Shown one piece after another: positions 46,763-59,934 of a stretch of DNA of 64,000 nucleotides; positions within the stretch are counted from its first letter, which is position 1; every line of letters begins with the position of its first letter. The stretch comes from Amphiscolops sp. MND2022. Lineage: Eukaryota. The DNA is taken from contig OZ076414.1 of NCBI GenBank assembly GCA_964187785.1, positions 6,324,001 to 6,388,000 of the forward strand, written 5' to 3'. The notes below the pieces were generated by a model. It did no database searches. It worked only from the letters and a program-made list of their open reading frames with translations, and was not told where the DNA came from. The translations under genes and the position numbers were made by a program.

Positions 46763-47446
46763 AGAACATTTTCAAATACATTTGTTCTTCACTTTGTTAT
46801 TTTCACATCTACAGAACCGATTTTAACCATCGACATTTCGTTTTAATCCTCTCATCAAGACAAACATATCTACAAAAACTACAACATTCAACTCCTCATA
46901 GTTATCCCTGAAAAAAAGTTTGTATCAAATTTCATATTAAGTGGTGTAATTAAACTCATTCAAGTGTTCAACTTTTTCTCAAGTGGCCAATTAGAGTAAG
47001 AAAATTGAAAGTCATCGCTGAGAGCAATAAAACGCACGTGCTAAAATACAATAAAAGAATGAAGAATGAAATCAAGAATTTTATGCTGAATTTTGTTCGA
47101 GTTAGAATATTATTCGAGTTTTTGTTCGAGTTTTTGTTCGAGATTTCATTCTAGTTTCAAGTCTACAGCGCTAAAAATATTAACATAAACTTACTCGAAA
47201 ATAGAAATATAATCGAGTGAAAAAACAATTACATCACCAATATCAAACAAAAAAACAATTACATCAACAATGTCAAGCAAAAAAACAATAATTACGGGGA
47301 TTGCGGATATGAGACCAGTTCAGAAAAAAGAATAAATGAAAAAACACGAATGAGCGAAGCGAATGAGAGTGAGTGAAACGAACGTTGTTTTTTTATTTAT
47401 TCCTTTTTTCTGAACTGGTCTCATATCCGCAATCCCCTATACTACT
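46763..47446 (-). repeat. Right terminal inverted repeat (~684 bp)
   Basis: Reverse complement of 30942-31624; ends CCCCTATACTACT. Confidence 0.96.
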
Positions 47447-47469
47447 TGCGGTCTACTAGAGTAATAGTA

Positions 47470-48087
47470 TTACGACCGAGCGTCGTACCTCTGGGCTATT
47501 TCGCCACTTTCATGCGGATGCAGTCCGTCTGACCTTAGGTCACTTTGTTGAGCTGTTTGGTCGTTTTTCTGTGGATGCAGTTCGTCTGACTGAAAGTCAC
47601 GCTGCTGAGCCACTTGGCTACTTTGCTTGTCTGACTGATGGTCCCAATTTGCATTTGGATTGGATTTAGTCGGGTTTAACGCATTTTCAATTGAGAGAAG
47701 TACCTTTTCAGCTATAGCAGGGTTAATCACCTCCGAAATTTGAGCGTTTATGTCAGATTTCAGTTCTCCTAATTGTCTAAAGACTTGTGATGATTTTTCA
47801 GAATTAAATGCTACGTTAGTTTCTTCAGTTGAACCACTTTTCTCAAGATTATTGTTTAAGTAAGACCTGAATTTGCTATCAATTTGATTCAACTCTCGGT
47901 CATGTCTATTGGACCTCAAGTCCGTTTCATTTACAACATATTCCTCCTGCACTTCACAGTTATCTCTTTGATAACTTCCTATCATCACATCGAGATTTTC
48001 AATATCTGACATTATTGACTTGTTTGTTTGTCCTTTGCTTTCTGCTTTCTGGTTCAAGGCATCCTCAACGGAGATCTTTGTTTTCAA
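47470..48087 (-). CDS. Pre-gag ORF0 of Gypsy element E (remnant)
   Basis: Hydrophilic 205-codon frame with QQSDLRSDGLHP-type repeats; homologous to ~61100-61750, which lies upstream of gag in element F. Confidence 0.55.
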   Translation of the reverse strand: MKTKISVEDALNQKAESKGQTNKSIMSDIENLDVMIGSYQRDNCEVQEEYVVNETDLRSNRHDRELNQIDSKFRSYLNNNLEKSGSTEETNVAFNSEKSSQVFRQLGELKSDINAQISEVINPAIAEKVLLSIENALNPTKSNPNANWDHQSDKQSSQVAQQRDFQSDELHPQKNDQTAQQSDLRSDGLHPHESGEIAQRYDARS

Positions 48088-48788
48088 CTGTGAATTGTCA
48101 GAGATAACAGATTGAACAATTTTGTCATGTGAGAGTGAATAGTGTCAACAATTAATGATCTCTTTTGCAACACACGCATAAATTTAGCTAAAATTAGGGT
48201 GTGCTTAGTCTAAATTAGGCTTTGGTTCCAATAATAGGTCATCATGTTCTAAAAATAGATTGGGGTACTAGACAGTACGTCATTTTGGGAGGGGAGCTAT
48301 AAATAGCATTTAACTAGTGGCGTATTGCCTTACATTTTACTAATTATGAGGAAAAAACATTTCATGTAGCGGCGGCATCAATATTCAACAAATAACTAAA
48401 TCTGACCAAGAGTCAGCATGACTGCAGTAAATGGCTCGTTCTGCGTTCTGATTGGCTGAAATATGTTTTGGACCACGCGTCGACTTGGCTGTAGCATTGA
48501 ACCAATTAAACGCGTTTCCAAATATCTAGCCTGTATAGCAAGGTATTAAAGGACGCTTCAGTCTTTACTACACAATTATAAACATTTTGCATCAAAACTA
48601 TCTGCCGCATCGTCCGTGTATTAGAATTACTGAGCCAATCACAAACAAAATAACAACAAAGTCAAAATTCAGAATAATTTAAGTACTAAGTTGCTGTCAG
48701 GTTGACTTATGGTCGATATCACAAAAATAACGTGCTGGTCTAACTCACTATTGTATGATTTTTGTATAAACTAACAGTATGAAACATA

Positions 48789-49900
48789 TCAGTTTGTTGT
48801 TTTAGGATTTCGCGATAGCTTAAAGTGTCTTCTATATGGGTAAGACTGCCGGTCCAGGATTGCTTTGGTCGTTATCTGGCGAAATCTGGTAGAACGTGCC
48901 TTCGTAGGCGGCAGTCTGCGACACTCCACTGGGACTAAGATGAAGGGACCTGCCTTCATAACTGCTTGAAAAGCTTGTCGTCTGTTCATCCGTTGGCCAT
49001 AGGTGTCGCCTCGATCGTGAGATCCTTCAAGATAGCCCAAGATTATTTCTTCTTTAATTTCGGGGAAGGACTTGCTGCAAACCACACAACCCGTGTGATA
49101 CGTTTCATTTGGTTGTCCACAGGAACCATTTACAGTAATTGCTAATCCAGTGATGTGAGGGTTGTGCGCTCAGTGGTCACCATGTACCTCATGTTGCTGG
49201 TAATCGTAATAATGACAGGATGGCAGTTGGTGTATCAATGGGTGTAAAGCTGGCGATTCGACCACTGGGTTGAACTGGCTACACTCAGTGATTGGGGTAT
49301 CTCCAATTGCTAGGTTGTTATAAGTGGGAGGTGGATTCCCTACCACCCAGTCAATCAATCCGTCAGACGGCTCTGTGAAAGTATCGGCTGCGTAGAAATG
49401 AATCGAAAGGCAGACTCAAGTCATTGAGATATTGAGTTAGGTCGGTCGTCATCGCCCTCCCAGCGGCAAAGTGTGGAGGAAGAGAGGATTTTCATAGAAG
49501 GAAGCTAACACTTGTATGTCATCGTCTTCAGTTTCTCTGTCCCATAGGTCTTGTACTGATGTGACCGAGTCGACTTCCATATCTTCTTCCGACGATGCAT
49601 GAGTTAAGCTGACCAGTGACCTCGGATGCTCCTCTATTTCAAATTAAAAAGACATATTTCCGAAGTAGCGATTGAAAAAATTTCGTTGCCATTTTGATTC
49701 GATTCAAGTTAGTGCGACTGACTGTTAGAATGTTTGTGAAGTGAATGGGATGATGTAGTGCACCTGACGTAAGGTCTAGCCTAAATTTTTGCCGCAGACG
49801 GAGCGGGAAACTGTCGAAATCATTTACCGAATTTTCCTAATTCTGTTGTCAGCTTCCATTAGGAGTTTCATCATCGGTAAACTTCTAACACACCTATCCA
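48789..49900 (-). pseudogene. Decayed unknown ORF with CxxC, probably an LTR-element accessory gene
   Basis: Colinear minus-strand pieces (DSVTSVQDLW.., WVVGNPPP.., GCVVCSKSFPEIKEE..RRQAFQAVMKAG). The 5' limit is approximate. Confidence 0.45.
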
Positions 49901-50999
49901 GACTTTATACCACTTGAGATTGTTTTCTCTTCATCTTCATAGTTGTTGAGAAGCAACTAGAGTGTTTACTATCACTAACTTTCTGTCAACAAACTGTGTT
50001 GATGGGTTCATGATAAATTTGAATGAAAAGGAATAGAATGACTGATTGTATAAAATCAGCTTATCTTTGTGAAATGATGTTGAATTGAAAGAAATTAAAG
50101 CATAATAACAAAGCGAAATTATTAGGTGAATCATGAAGAAGTGAATCATATTGAAACTTTAGTTAGGAGTGTCTCTGGCAGGTTTATTACTTACGTGTGA
50201 TAATTAGGGTGAAATATAGTTAAATAATAAGTATATGCAGTGATAAATGAAATAAGATTAAATTACATGTAGCCACGACTTCCAGTACAAAGTAGCCACT
50301 ATTACCCAGCATTAAGGACGGTGTTCGAGTGCAGTCAAGTAAACGTTAAGTCCAGTGTAGTGATAGGAAGTATGCTTTGTTTGCTCACTTTTATCAATTT
50401 TGTAGCAGAACAAATACCATATTGAACTTTAAATATTTGAATACCATATTTGAACTTTAATACAGTATCTCTCTCGCATACAGTTGGTCTGCTTATCCAG
50501 GTAATTGTCATTTACCGTCGGTAGTTATCATTTGATTCTCAAGCAGCATCATTTGAGCTATACAGTTATACCTCCGTATATCAATGTAGTCTCCCTGACC
50601 TTGGCTTTCTTACGTAACTATTTAGACACATATTCTGCACTGCAGTCGTACTGACTCCTAGTCTTCTCAAGTTCAGATTCCATTTAGTTCCGCATTTAAT
50701 TTCATTGCTATGTTTGAATTGCATTTATTGTCGCTGCTCATAAGGATAGAACAGCATAAAGGATTCACGTTTGTTCAGCTCAATTGGACAGAGGAGAGAT
50801 TTTTACAATTACCGGAGCGCTGTTTCCCTTTCTGCCATCAACTTAACAGCTCGACGACATCTGATCGACACCATTTCAGATCTTCCATCATGGACGTTCC
50901 TTCAGGTTGGTTCTTCATGAGTTAACTACAAACCTGATCACGGCTTTCGTTTAACTGAATCACACCCTCCATCGTGGCAACATCATACAATGTGTGATT

Positions 51000-53900
51000 T
51001 TTTAAAAATTACTTCCGGAAGTTTTTTCAAACTTGGCATGATGGATTTTTATGCAGGAAGTCAACCGCGGCAATTCATCTCATTTCGTTTAGATAAGGAA
51101 CATACTGGTCAACCAGCCGATGCGTCAGTTGAAGCTATGGACACGAATCCCGTCCCAATGTTGGGCAAAGAAGTGCGACGCCCAGCGAGGCCAGTGAAGT
51201 ATTCGAAATCACCCTCTCCAGCCCTGAACCAACAGAAGTAACGACCGAACCTCCCCAAGTCAGCACTGAAAAAGTCGAGCCCGAATTTCCAACTTCATCA
51301 CTGGTTCCTGAGATATATAGAAGGGGCGGGTTGCCACTCAGTAGTAGTTGCTCAGATGAAAGTTGTGGGGCTTATGTCACCAGAAAACTTGAGGAAATGG
51401 AGAAGACAGCTGAGCGTACACCCGCTTTATGGACTACAGTGGAGACCAACCACAGTGAGAGTGAAAGACTTTTCCCAAAACGCAAGGCGACTCCTGGCGT
51501 GCATCTAGAAAACGCCCTCGAACAGACCGCAGTTAGCCATGCCCGAACCCTTTCACTGGCCCAATTCCCCAATCCTGATCAAACTAACAATAGCGGGAAG
51601 ACACATCTAGCGTCGCTGAGCTCACGTACGAATTCCGATTCCCGCCATCACTAGAGCATCGATCTATCAGTGTTGGATATAGATGCCGTCAGAACGACCC
51701 AACGTCTCCGAATAAATTGGATTCTGCTCCTAAAGTAGCTAAATCAAGCAGTGAAACTGAGTTACCGGTGGTTAGTGACAAAGAGTCAGCTCGTTATGCC
51801 AGATATACTATAGCCGACGCTTTGGCACCTCCACCTCATCGGATCACTACTTACACTAGTGATGAGTCTGACTGCGAGTCAATTGACAAAGCCCTTCGAG
51901 AAGAAGTAAAGCAGGCACCAATCTCAATCACAAGCAGAGAAGTAATCAGGAAGTACTTTACGGAAGCCTCTCCTATTTGTTTGCCTCAAGGTCACCCGAC
52001 AGCAGTTTTTAACCAGAACCAAATGTGCCTTATACTTAAAGACGTTGTCGACGATAGAGCGAGGTCCTCGTTCGAGATCTTAAATAGTGTCATGCTAAAG
52101 TCTAGTCAACTGAATTTGGGTCAGTCTCACGGCGGATCAGGGCAAATGCATCGTCCCAGGTCGGTAGAAACTGCCGTTACCGATTCTGAAACGAGGTACT
52201 TCTGCCATGATCGAATCCAGCAGGGGAAAACGAACCCATGACGACTTCTGGGATACTGGATGTTCTCTCGAACAGACTGCGAGCAGGGCTTCAACCGTCA
52301 GGATTCCAACTCTACCTGTTCCAGGCTGCAGTCAAGATGACCCTCAGTCACCGGTACTTGCTTTGGCTGGGCTCAGTCCAGGAACACAAACGCTTGCCGA
52401 TTTAAAACTTGCAGCAATTATGGATAAAGGTAAGACGCGCACTAGATAAGTGGTCAAGCCGAAGGCTAAGAAATCCAGGAAGGCGTTGCAGTTTGGAGAT
52501 CAAGTAAAGTCATGGAACCCCGGTGAAACCCTTACAATATTTACTGCCAAATTTGTTAGGGGAACATAGCAATTCACGGTAGGGGAGCAACAGAAATTTT
52601 GAGACATTACTCGACGGAACGCAAGGATCAGCAATGGCGTTATGAACAGCTATCGGTTGAAGATCCCTCACAGGTACTTTACGTAATCAACTCAGAGGCA
52701 AGGACGGCAAACTTCTGCCCCCATTCGAATTAGAGCTAGAGTACCCGAAGTTTAGGGACGCAAAGCTTGTTGACATAGGGTAGAAGTAGCCATTTTACGT
52801 CGAGTTCATTGCAGGCAATCACTATATGGCGTCTCTATCTGAAAACCAAGTACATGTGCAAGTTTCAATCTTGAGGCACTTCTTCCCAGCTTTTAGTGAC
52901 ATTGGGTCACTTCGCAGTCTGGGGAAAGATGTCGGGATAGTCGTAAATCATCAGGCGCTGTTTTCCGACTTCAACCGGGGGAAAGATTGTTTTTCAGTAA
53001 GTTCATTTTGATTTGTTCGTTTCAGAATTTCTCACTCCATCAGTAATTTTGACAGGCCGTACATCCATTTGACCCGGCTTCAACTAAGACCCTATCGCGA
53101 TCCAGATGTAGTTAATTCCAGTAATCGAGACCAAAATATTCATGCTTGTCATTATATTTGCAGGTCCTATTACATCAAATCTTCGTGCAAATACTGGATG
53201 ATCTTGGTCACTATGTGGTAGCAAGCGGACAGTATTCGGTAGCGTTCGGATTGAGAGGTGTGTTCCTCTTCATTCATCTGCGTTTCTGAGACAGTACGAG
53301 CAGTCGGACAGACCCAAGCTGAAAACATCCTTCTGGCAAAACTCTTAGCTGCTCTTTCGACTAGTCCAAATCCAGTTTGCGTCAGCCGGTGTTCTCTTGA
53401 GTTGGTGCAGATGCTTGACAAAAGTCCACTGTTCTCAGTCGGCGTACAAAGTTACAAGCGATTCAATGAAGTCTCCCTTCCTAAACTCATGCACAAGGAT
53501 TGCTACACCATCTTTAGGCCAACCGATTTCTTTTCCGCCCTAAGGTATCCCGTAGTGTAGCTTGGAGGCAGTTTGGACCCTGAGGGCGTCTTGCTTCCTC
53601 CGAAAAAATCCAGGGTTATTAATTCTCGCCCTTTTGTCAAATGCACTTAAGTTTGATTTTTTTATTGCAGGCCATCAAAACATGTCAGCTCTACATGTCA
53701 AAACTTCATGTGCTATGTCACCAATTGCCTAAAAACTGGGTTTCGATAATCGAACTTCTGTCAACTCAATCACTGCAACAAGAGTTGTAAGGAGTACGGA
53801 ATCAGGTTAGAGTATAGTTACATAGACTCCTGGTCAAGTTGAAGGTTTTGCCAAATAGACCAACTACTTTAGCCACAAAATTTGGAATTGTCCATCATTG

Positions 53901-54750
53901 GAGATGAACCTTTCACTGGCCGATTGTGACTATTCCAGTGATTAACTCGTGATTGTTATTCCGCCATTCTCCATGACTTGACGTTGTTCTAGTTATGTTG
54001 TTATGACCCATGGTTCATTCAGATGCCAACAGCTTCTCCCTGAGTCTGTCTGGCCGCAGGGATTGATCGTTCTATACTCATCACCAGCTCTGCTAGTTTC
54101 TATTCAAACTTACACGGCCATGATCTCCCCTCGTGATCTGCCATCTGAAGAGGACTGGCCTGAAGTCGTCCTCAATCTTGAACTTTGCACGATCACCGCA
54201 CTCAGTATCGACTTTCTCACTCGAGCTATATTCGATCCCAAGCTTGAAGAGGCTTGCAAAATCAGAGCTGAGCGAGATAAGCAGGAAAAATGTAATGTCA
54301 AGTTGACCATGTGGACGTTAATCAACATGACCAAGGAGTAAATTGGCAGAGCAGCACGAAGTTATGTTAACTTCTTGTTCAATTCATTCCAAGGTCAGAA
54401 AGGACTTACAGAAGTTTTCATCAAAAGCTTGGGTGCTTGGACTTGGAGACGCTCTTAATTGGACCAGTTGTCCATGCTACGTATTGTCACTCTCAGTTGC
54501 TTACTAGTTTCCGGTTACGCGGCTTCTTTAACTCGCAACAAGAAACTGCCTGCAACTGATTAGTTCCTGACACAGATAAATTCTTTGCTGAATACATAGC
54601 TCGACATAGTTGTCCTTTACTCCACAGCTTTTCCGTCTAGCCTGTTTGTGTTTGGATGAGCCATTCCAAGTCTTGCCCACTGTAAAAATTGATCTGTGGA
54701 TTCAGACAATCCGAACAGCAGTGTCAAAGACGTCACCTCACCCGTGCAGT
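51000..54750 (+). pseudogene. Antisense accessory ORF(s) of element F
   Basis: Consecutive plus-strand ORF fragments (51331, 51717, 52207, 53258, 54003, 54610) downstream of and opposite to pol. Confidence 0.6.
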
Positions 54751-55399
54751 TGTTTTTTTGCAATGTTCCACATGGTGTTGAAACCGTTACAACTGACTAT
54801 AGAGATCAATTTCGGTGAAAGTGGACTGAGCGACATCTATTGTCCTTGGAATGGTGTTGACTTTCTCGGGCGACAAAGAATCCTTGAACAGCTTGACCCT
54901 GACAGTACCAGACTCCAAGTCTCACGCAGTGTTGTTACCTCCAAAGTTTCTGGTGGTACTTAAACACGCGGAACATCCAAATCCAAAAAAAGCAATAAGA
55001 AGACCAGTCACCTTTTGAGGATAAGGAATTGACTCGAACTGCTGAAAATCTATTATCCGCCAGTAGCTCTGAACTTCAATTGTACATTATGTACAATTGT
55101 ATTATTTAGTTTGTTTGTTTGTTTTTTTTATTTCTTGTGTTTGTGTATAATCGATTGTCAGTTTGTGTCACTTATGACACTAAGTTTATTTCAGTCAAAA
55201 AGACATCAGTTCCAGCGCCTTTTTATTCAGAAGAGAAAAATGTGGGGCAGTCAATTTACTTGTTCTGACTAGTATCTGTATTCATCAATAAGTTAGAGGT
55301 AGGGTTAGAACGTAGATTATATTTTCCTTCACTGGGACAATCATTTTCTACAGTATTATCATCATTTTCTTCTCAAAATACCTCGGGCACGATGGTATT

Positions 55400-58300
55400 A
55401 TTCCTCTGGAGGTCTCGTCATGTTTTGTTACGGTCGTGTTGACCTAAGGTCTGCGTCAGCCGTATTTTCAGCCGGCTGCTCAGTCTCGACTCAATTAGTA
55501 TTTTGCTGGCGTCGGGCGGACCGAAGGTCCACTTCGTGTCTTTCGTGCTCACGCTGCTCAGTAGCAGCAGTATCAGTATTTGCGTCCTGTCTACAGGACC
55601 GAAGGTCCAATTCCATCGTTATTATAGCGTCCTGTTGATCAGAATTGGCAATATATTCATCGGAAGTCTTTTGTACGTCTGAATATGTTGGGAAAACTTC
55701 AAAATCTGTTTCCCACGAAAATATATCAATCGTCTTGTGGTATGATGATTTCATCGTCCGCTTGCAATTTTACTTGTAGAAAATATTCTTTTAAGATGAT
55801 ATTTGGCTTGTAATTGCAAAATCGAGCGCGATGTAAAATCTGTGTTTTATTGGAATTAAGTTTCCGCACTCTAAAATTGGCATTGGGAAGGATCTTTTCA
55901 ATGACACAAGGTCCTATCCATCGAAGTTCTCCAATTGAAATTTTTGAACCTTTGTGATCAGCTAATAATTGCAAAAAAAGCACTAATCCCCTGTTTCTAA
56001 TGAGGCTACCTTAGCATTTCGATAGTAAAATTCTTTGTACTTAAGTACGATTGCATGATGTTTTTCTTCGTTTCGTTGATAAGTATTTGAGCACGTCTTT
56101 GAAATTACTCAGCGAAGTCTGTGGTAGGTAAGATCTTCGAGATAGGGTTTAACCCTCACATGTGGTCCACGAGATTGCAGGGTACCCTTCCCTGAAAAAT
56201 TCTGGAAGGTTCATATCCCAGATTTGAATGATAAGTCGTAATATAATTGAATGTAGCCAATGCAAGAGATTTGTGCCATTGGCGGCAGTCTTCACCAGAT
56301 GCCATTTTAAGGTTACATTTGAGACTGGCATGAGTTGCAATTTTATCAACTAGACGAGACGTAAATGCTGTTCCTTTTCCGGTAATCAGCGTAGTTGGTA
56401 AGTATGTGTACCTTGCAATGTTGTCTACAAGTAGTTTTGCTGTACTAGTGGCTGAAGCCTCTGTTATCGGATAGGCCAAAAGGTATCTTGAGAAAACATC
56501 TAAAGCAGTTATTATCTGTTCATATCCTCCACCTGGTGGGAGATTGAGCAGAACATCAATTTGTAAAGCGTCTTCCGATCCAAGGTCCCATTGGTGCAAA
56601 TTGAGTAAATCGGGCGTGATGGATGTATTTTTTATTCTTTTTTATCTTTTATGCAGATGTCACAACCTTGTACCCATTTTTTGACAATTTTTGCAATTCC
56701 TGGATAGTAGTTTTTGACGGATTTACTGAAGCAAGTTGGGAATTCCTGGATGCTTATTTGCGGCTCCATGTATGATTGAAGGAGTTACGTCACAAGTTGT
56801 TCAGGTAGCAGCGCTGCGCGGTATTGAATGCTGCCTGTTTCATCATAGTAGCCTCTGATGATGATATCGTCTAGGACGGAAAGGTGGTCAAGTTGGCTGC
56901 AGTAATGTCGATAGCGCTGATCTTGTTGTGAGATAGTTTCGGAATGTTCCTCTGTAATTTAGGAGTAATTTAGGAGTAATTTAGGATGTAGTTGCTGTAA
57001 AACAATATCATTGTGTTGTTCAATAGCCATGGTGGTGTTATTTGGTAGTTTTTGCCAAATTGAATTGAGGGAACAAGTACTGTTGTGTGTACTAAGTTTC
57101 ACTTAGGAATTGTCGATTAATTGCTTTGTCGGATTGGACCTAGCATCCTTCTTTTGTTGCCAGATTTGTTCTTCCGTTTCGTCATCTTCGTCAGTATCGA
57201 AACGCTGGTCTTCTTCAATGACTCCAGCAAATTGGACGTTGAGTTCAGTAGGCGTGGACTTTGATTTGAACAAGGCGTGTATCTGACTGGTTATCTGTTA
57301 AGATTATTACCGGTTTCGCAGTCCCCCGGAATATATGTCCGAATTCCTTGAAGGCAAAGAATATTGCTAAGAACTCATCGGCGTAAATGGACTTTTTCAG
57401 CTGCGTAGGACTAAAGGACCTGTATCCATAAGCTACATATGCGAAGGTTTTTTGCGTTGAGGTTTAAGAGCTTTTTTTGAGCTGAGTGAACTTTTCAAAA
57501 ATTTGAAGAATGAAGTCAATTTCTCTTAAAGTCTTGGGATGTAATTCCGATAGCAGTTCAAGAAACCCAAGTATCTTTGAAGTGCTTTCTAGGATGTCGG
57601 GAAATTGGTTTACTTTAGGGCAGTTCGGAGTCTGGATTGCTGTGGCCGCACTCCTTCAGGAGTGATGGTGCGTCCTAGGAAATCTATTTCCTTGGCTCCA
57701 AAAATGAGACCAGCGGTCCTGATGCACAGGAACGTCGCTCGAAGATTGTCGATGAGCTGGGCAGTGTCATTTGCCGCAATTCCAATATCGTCTACATACT
57801 GAGCGCATTGGTCAGTTTTGATCACTTTGTCTGAATATTCGCGAATAAAGCCCGAAATGGCTGACAGTGCTCCACTGAGACCTTGCGCAAGTCTCGCGGT
57901 AGGCGAGTGTTCTGTTGGCAAAATTAAAGGTTAGCATTTCTATTGACATCTGGTCAGCCATCTGGAGACAGTGATATGCTTACAAGCAATCTAACTTGCA
58001 AAACAGTCGCTTGCCTGCCATGTGCTGCGCAGCGTCTGTTAATGTGCTGACAGGTTGAATATTGTTGATGTAATCATCAGAAATTAGTTTTTTGAAGGTC
58101 GGCCAGAAGTCTTAATTCGCCATTCGGTTTCTTTTGGGCAAGTATTGGGCTGGCCTATACAGAAATTAGAAGTGTTGTTATAATGCCATATCGGTGTAAC
58201 AGTGCCAGTTCAACAGGAATTTCCTCTTTGTGGTTAATTGATGTTAATAACTTCGACTATAGGCTGGGGAATCATCTTTAGGTGTCAATATGACCTTGAA

Positions 58301-59330
58301 GTCCTCATTCATGCCTATAGCAAATTGATGTTTTGCGAATTTGTCGTGAAATTCGACAAGTAGTTCTTCACTTTGGGCAATTTCGACTGGATGCAACGTA
58401 GAGTCCGTCCAGTCAAAGTTTTAGAGACTCAGGGTCATCTTGAGGGTTGAGTTTTTCTAATTCTTGGAGGTTGTGAAATTCCTTCAAGATTCGTTGTTGA
58501 ATCGGTGTATGAACCAGTAAGTCTCTTTGTCTTCCTCAGTCTGTGCGAATTTGATGAGACCATTAGATTAAAAGGCAGCATTTTCTGGATTTTCCTGTAA
58601 GAGGTGCCACGCGGTCACCGGGTCGATATGTTTGACGTATTTCATTTGCTCCGGATCAGGACACAGACATTGGCATTGTGCGAACCTCGTTTGAGGGTGT
58701 ATGGTTAATTAGTGAAAGTGTTCACGTGAATTGTAACCTCACGTTGGGTCAGTGTGACTAAAGCAGCGCAAAAGGCTATGTCGCCATCCTCTGTGAGGGC
58801 ATTGCTCGGTTGTAGAATTTCATTGACGTTAGTGTCGTCAAAAAAGTTGGGAATTCATAAAGACCATTTGTCTGTCATTAGGGGGAAAGGTAAATGCTCC
58901 CGGGTACATAAAGGTTCCATGACATTAGTGTAATCGTGAACCGCCGTTTTCAATTGCTTGGAGAAGAATGGGAAGTTTGGGGCTCCCTGTCGCATATCCA
59001 GTTTGGTATTGTTTCGTTGAAGGAGCGAGAGACCAATAAATGACTTGTAAGCTTTCCATGACTCTGAAACTCTCGTGAGAAGTGATGTCCCCGACTTCCA
59101 ATTTGAGTTCGACAGTGCTCTTTAGAGTTTCCAGCTGCCCATTAGCAACCAATATTTGAAAGTTGGGAGATGTGCCCTCTTCAATTATTGACTGAGGGGC
59201 TAATATTCCGATTTTACGTAGATTTGTTTCTGGGTTTGCGTTTGATAGTGCCCCCGTGTCTACTAGAGGCCATCTAATGTTAGTTACCCAAAATCCATTG
59301 GAAAATAGAGCACACGTCTCTTATATTTGA
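55400..59330 (-). pseudogene. pol: pol of element F (protease, RT, RNase H, integrase)
   Basis: LVDTGAL (~59245-59270), KLDC (~57990), AQYVDDI (~57790), integrase QIDVLLNLPPGGGY..DVFSRYL (56156-56599), and C-terminal VRKLNSNKTQILHR. Confidence 0.93.
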
Positions 59331-59934
59331 GTCCGAGATTTGTTGTTAACGGAACCTAGTCTGGTTCACCGTCTCGGGAGTTTACCGTATTCACAAATGG
59401 TTGTTCCAACGTTGCGGTCAACGTGACTAGGGGGCGTCTTGAGGAAGATCATCCTTCAGCTCTGGTTGGACTGTCGGATGAGATGCAACGGTTCTGCTTT
59501 GCCAAGGCTCTACGGAGGCCTTCGACAAGACGGGGTTGAGATTTTGGTAGATTTCATGTAAGTCAGATTCTACTTCGCTGATATTTTTGTTGAAATTGTG
59601 GTAGAAAAGTAGATGATGTTGGTTGTAGATTTGAAAGTCCCAATAGATGTCAAAACCGAAATCCGGGTCGTCAGGGTAGTAGGGGTTGTAATTATCTATA
59701 TGGGGTAAAGGACGAATAGTAGTAGTATGGTAGTGCTGTCTGTCGGACTGAAGGTCCAAGATGGGTACGTTAAGAGGGGTATTTTCACCTGCAGCTGCCA
59801 GTCAGCTGATGAATTGGTTTTTAGTGATGAGTAGTTTTTCAGTGTAATATACGGTAGAGGGGTCACACATTATAAATTGTCTGACGCGTAGTTTTTCATC
59901 ACTTTGGAGTCGTGGCAAATCTTTTTTTTGGGTT

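Larger units (their letters stand above)
30942..47446 (-). mobile_element. Complete Polinton/Maverick (adintovirus-like endogenous virus), 16505 bp
   Basis: TIRs starting AGTAGTATAGGGG, 6-bp TSD TGCGGT (30936-30941 and 47447-47452), and pPolB, rve integrase, ATPase, MCP, penton and cysteine protease, all on the minus strand. Confidence 0.97.
30816..48150 (-). mobile_element. 5' region of Gypsy element E, split by the Polinton (host parts 30816-30941 and 47447-~48150)
   Basis: Both flanks are colinear with the uninterrupted homologue at ~61040-61800. Confidence 0.88.

Noticed and set aside
30942-47446. Prophage or bacterial operon reading of the compact, co-oriented genes
   Set aside because: TIRs, 6-bp TSD, rve integrase, pPolB and an adenain-like protease define a Polinton; the sequence upstream of start codons is A/T-rich with no Shine-Dalgarno pattern.
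54340-54460. Alternate frame SIHSKVRKDLQKFSS resembling SVSSKVTKGLCRFSP of the 4327 ORF
   Set aside because: It is not the frame continuing ORF 54003-54341; treated as probable coincidence pending a consensus alignment.
56954-56986. Three copies of GTAATTTAGGA
   Set aside because: Simple slippage duplication inside a dead pol; no sign of function.
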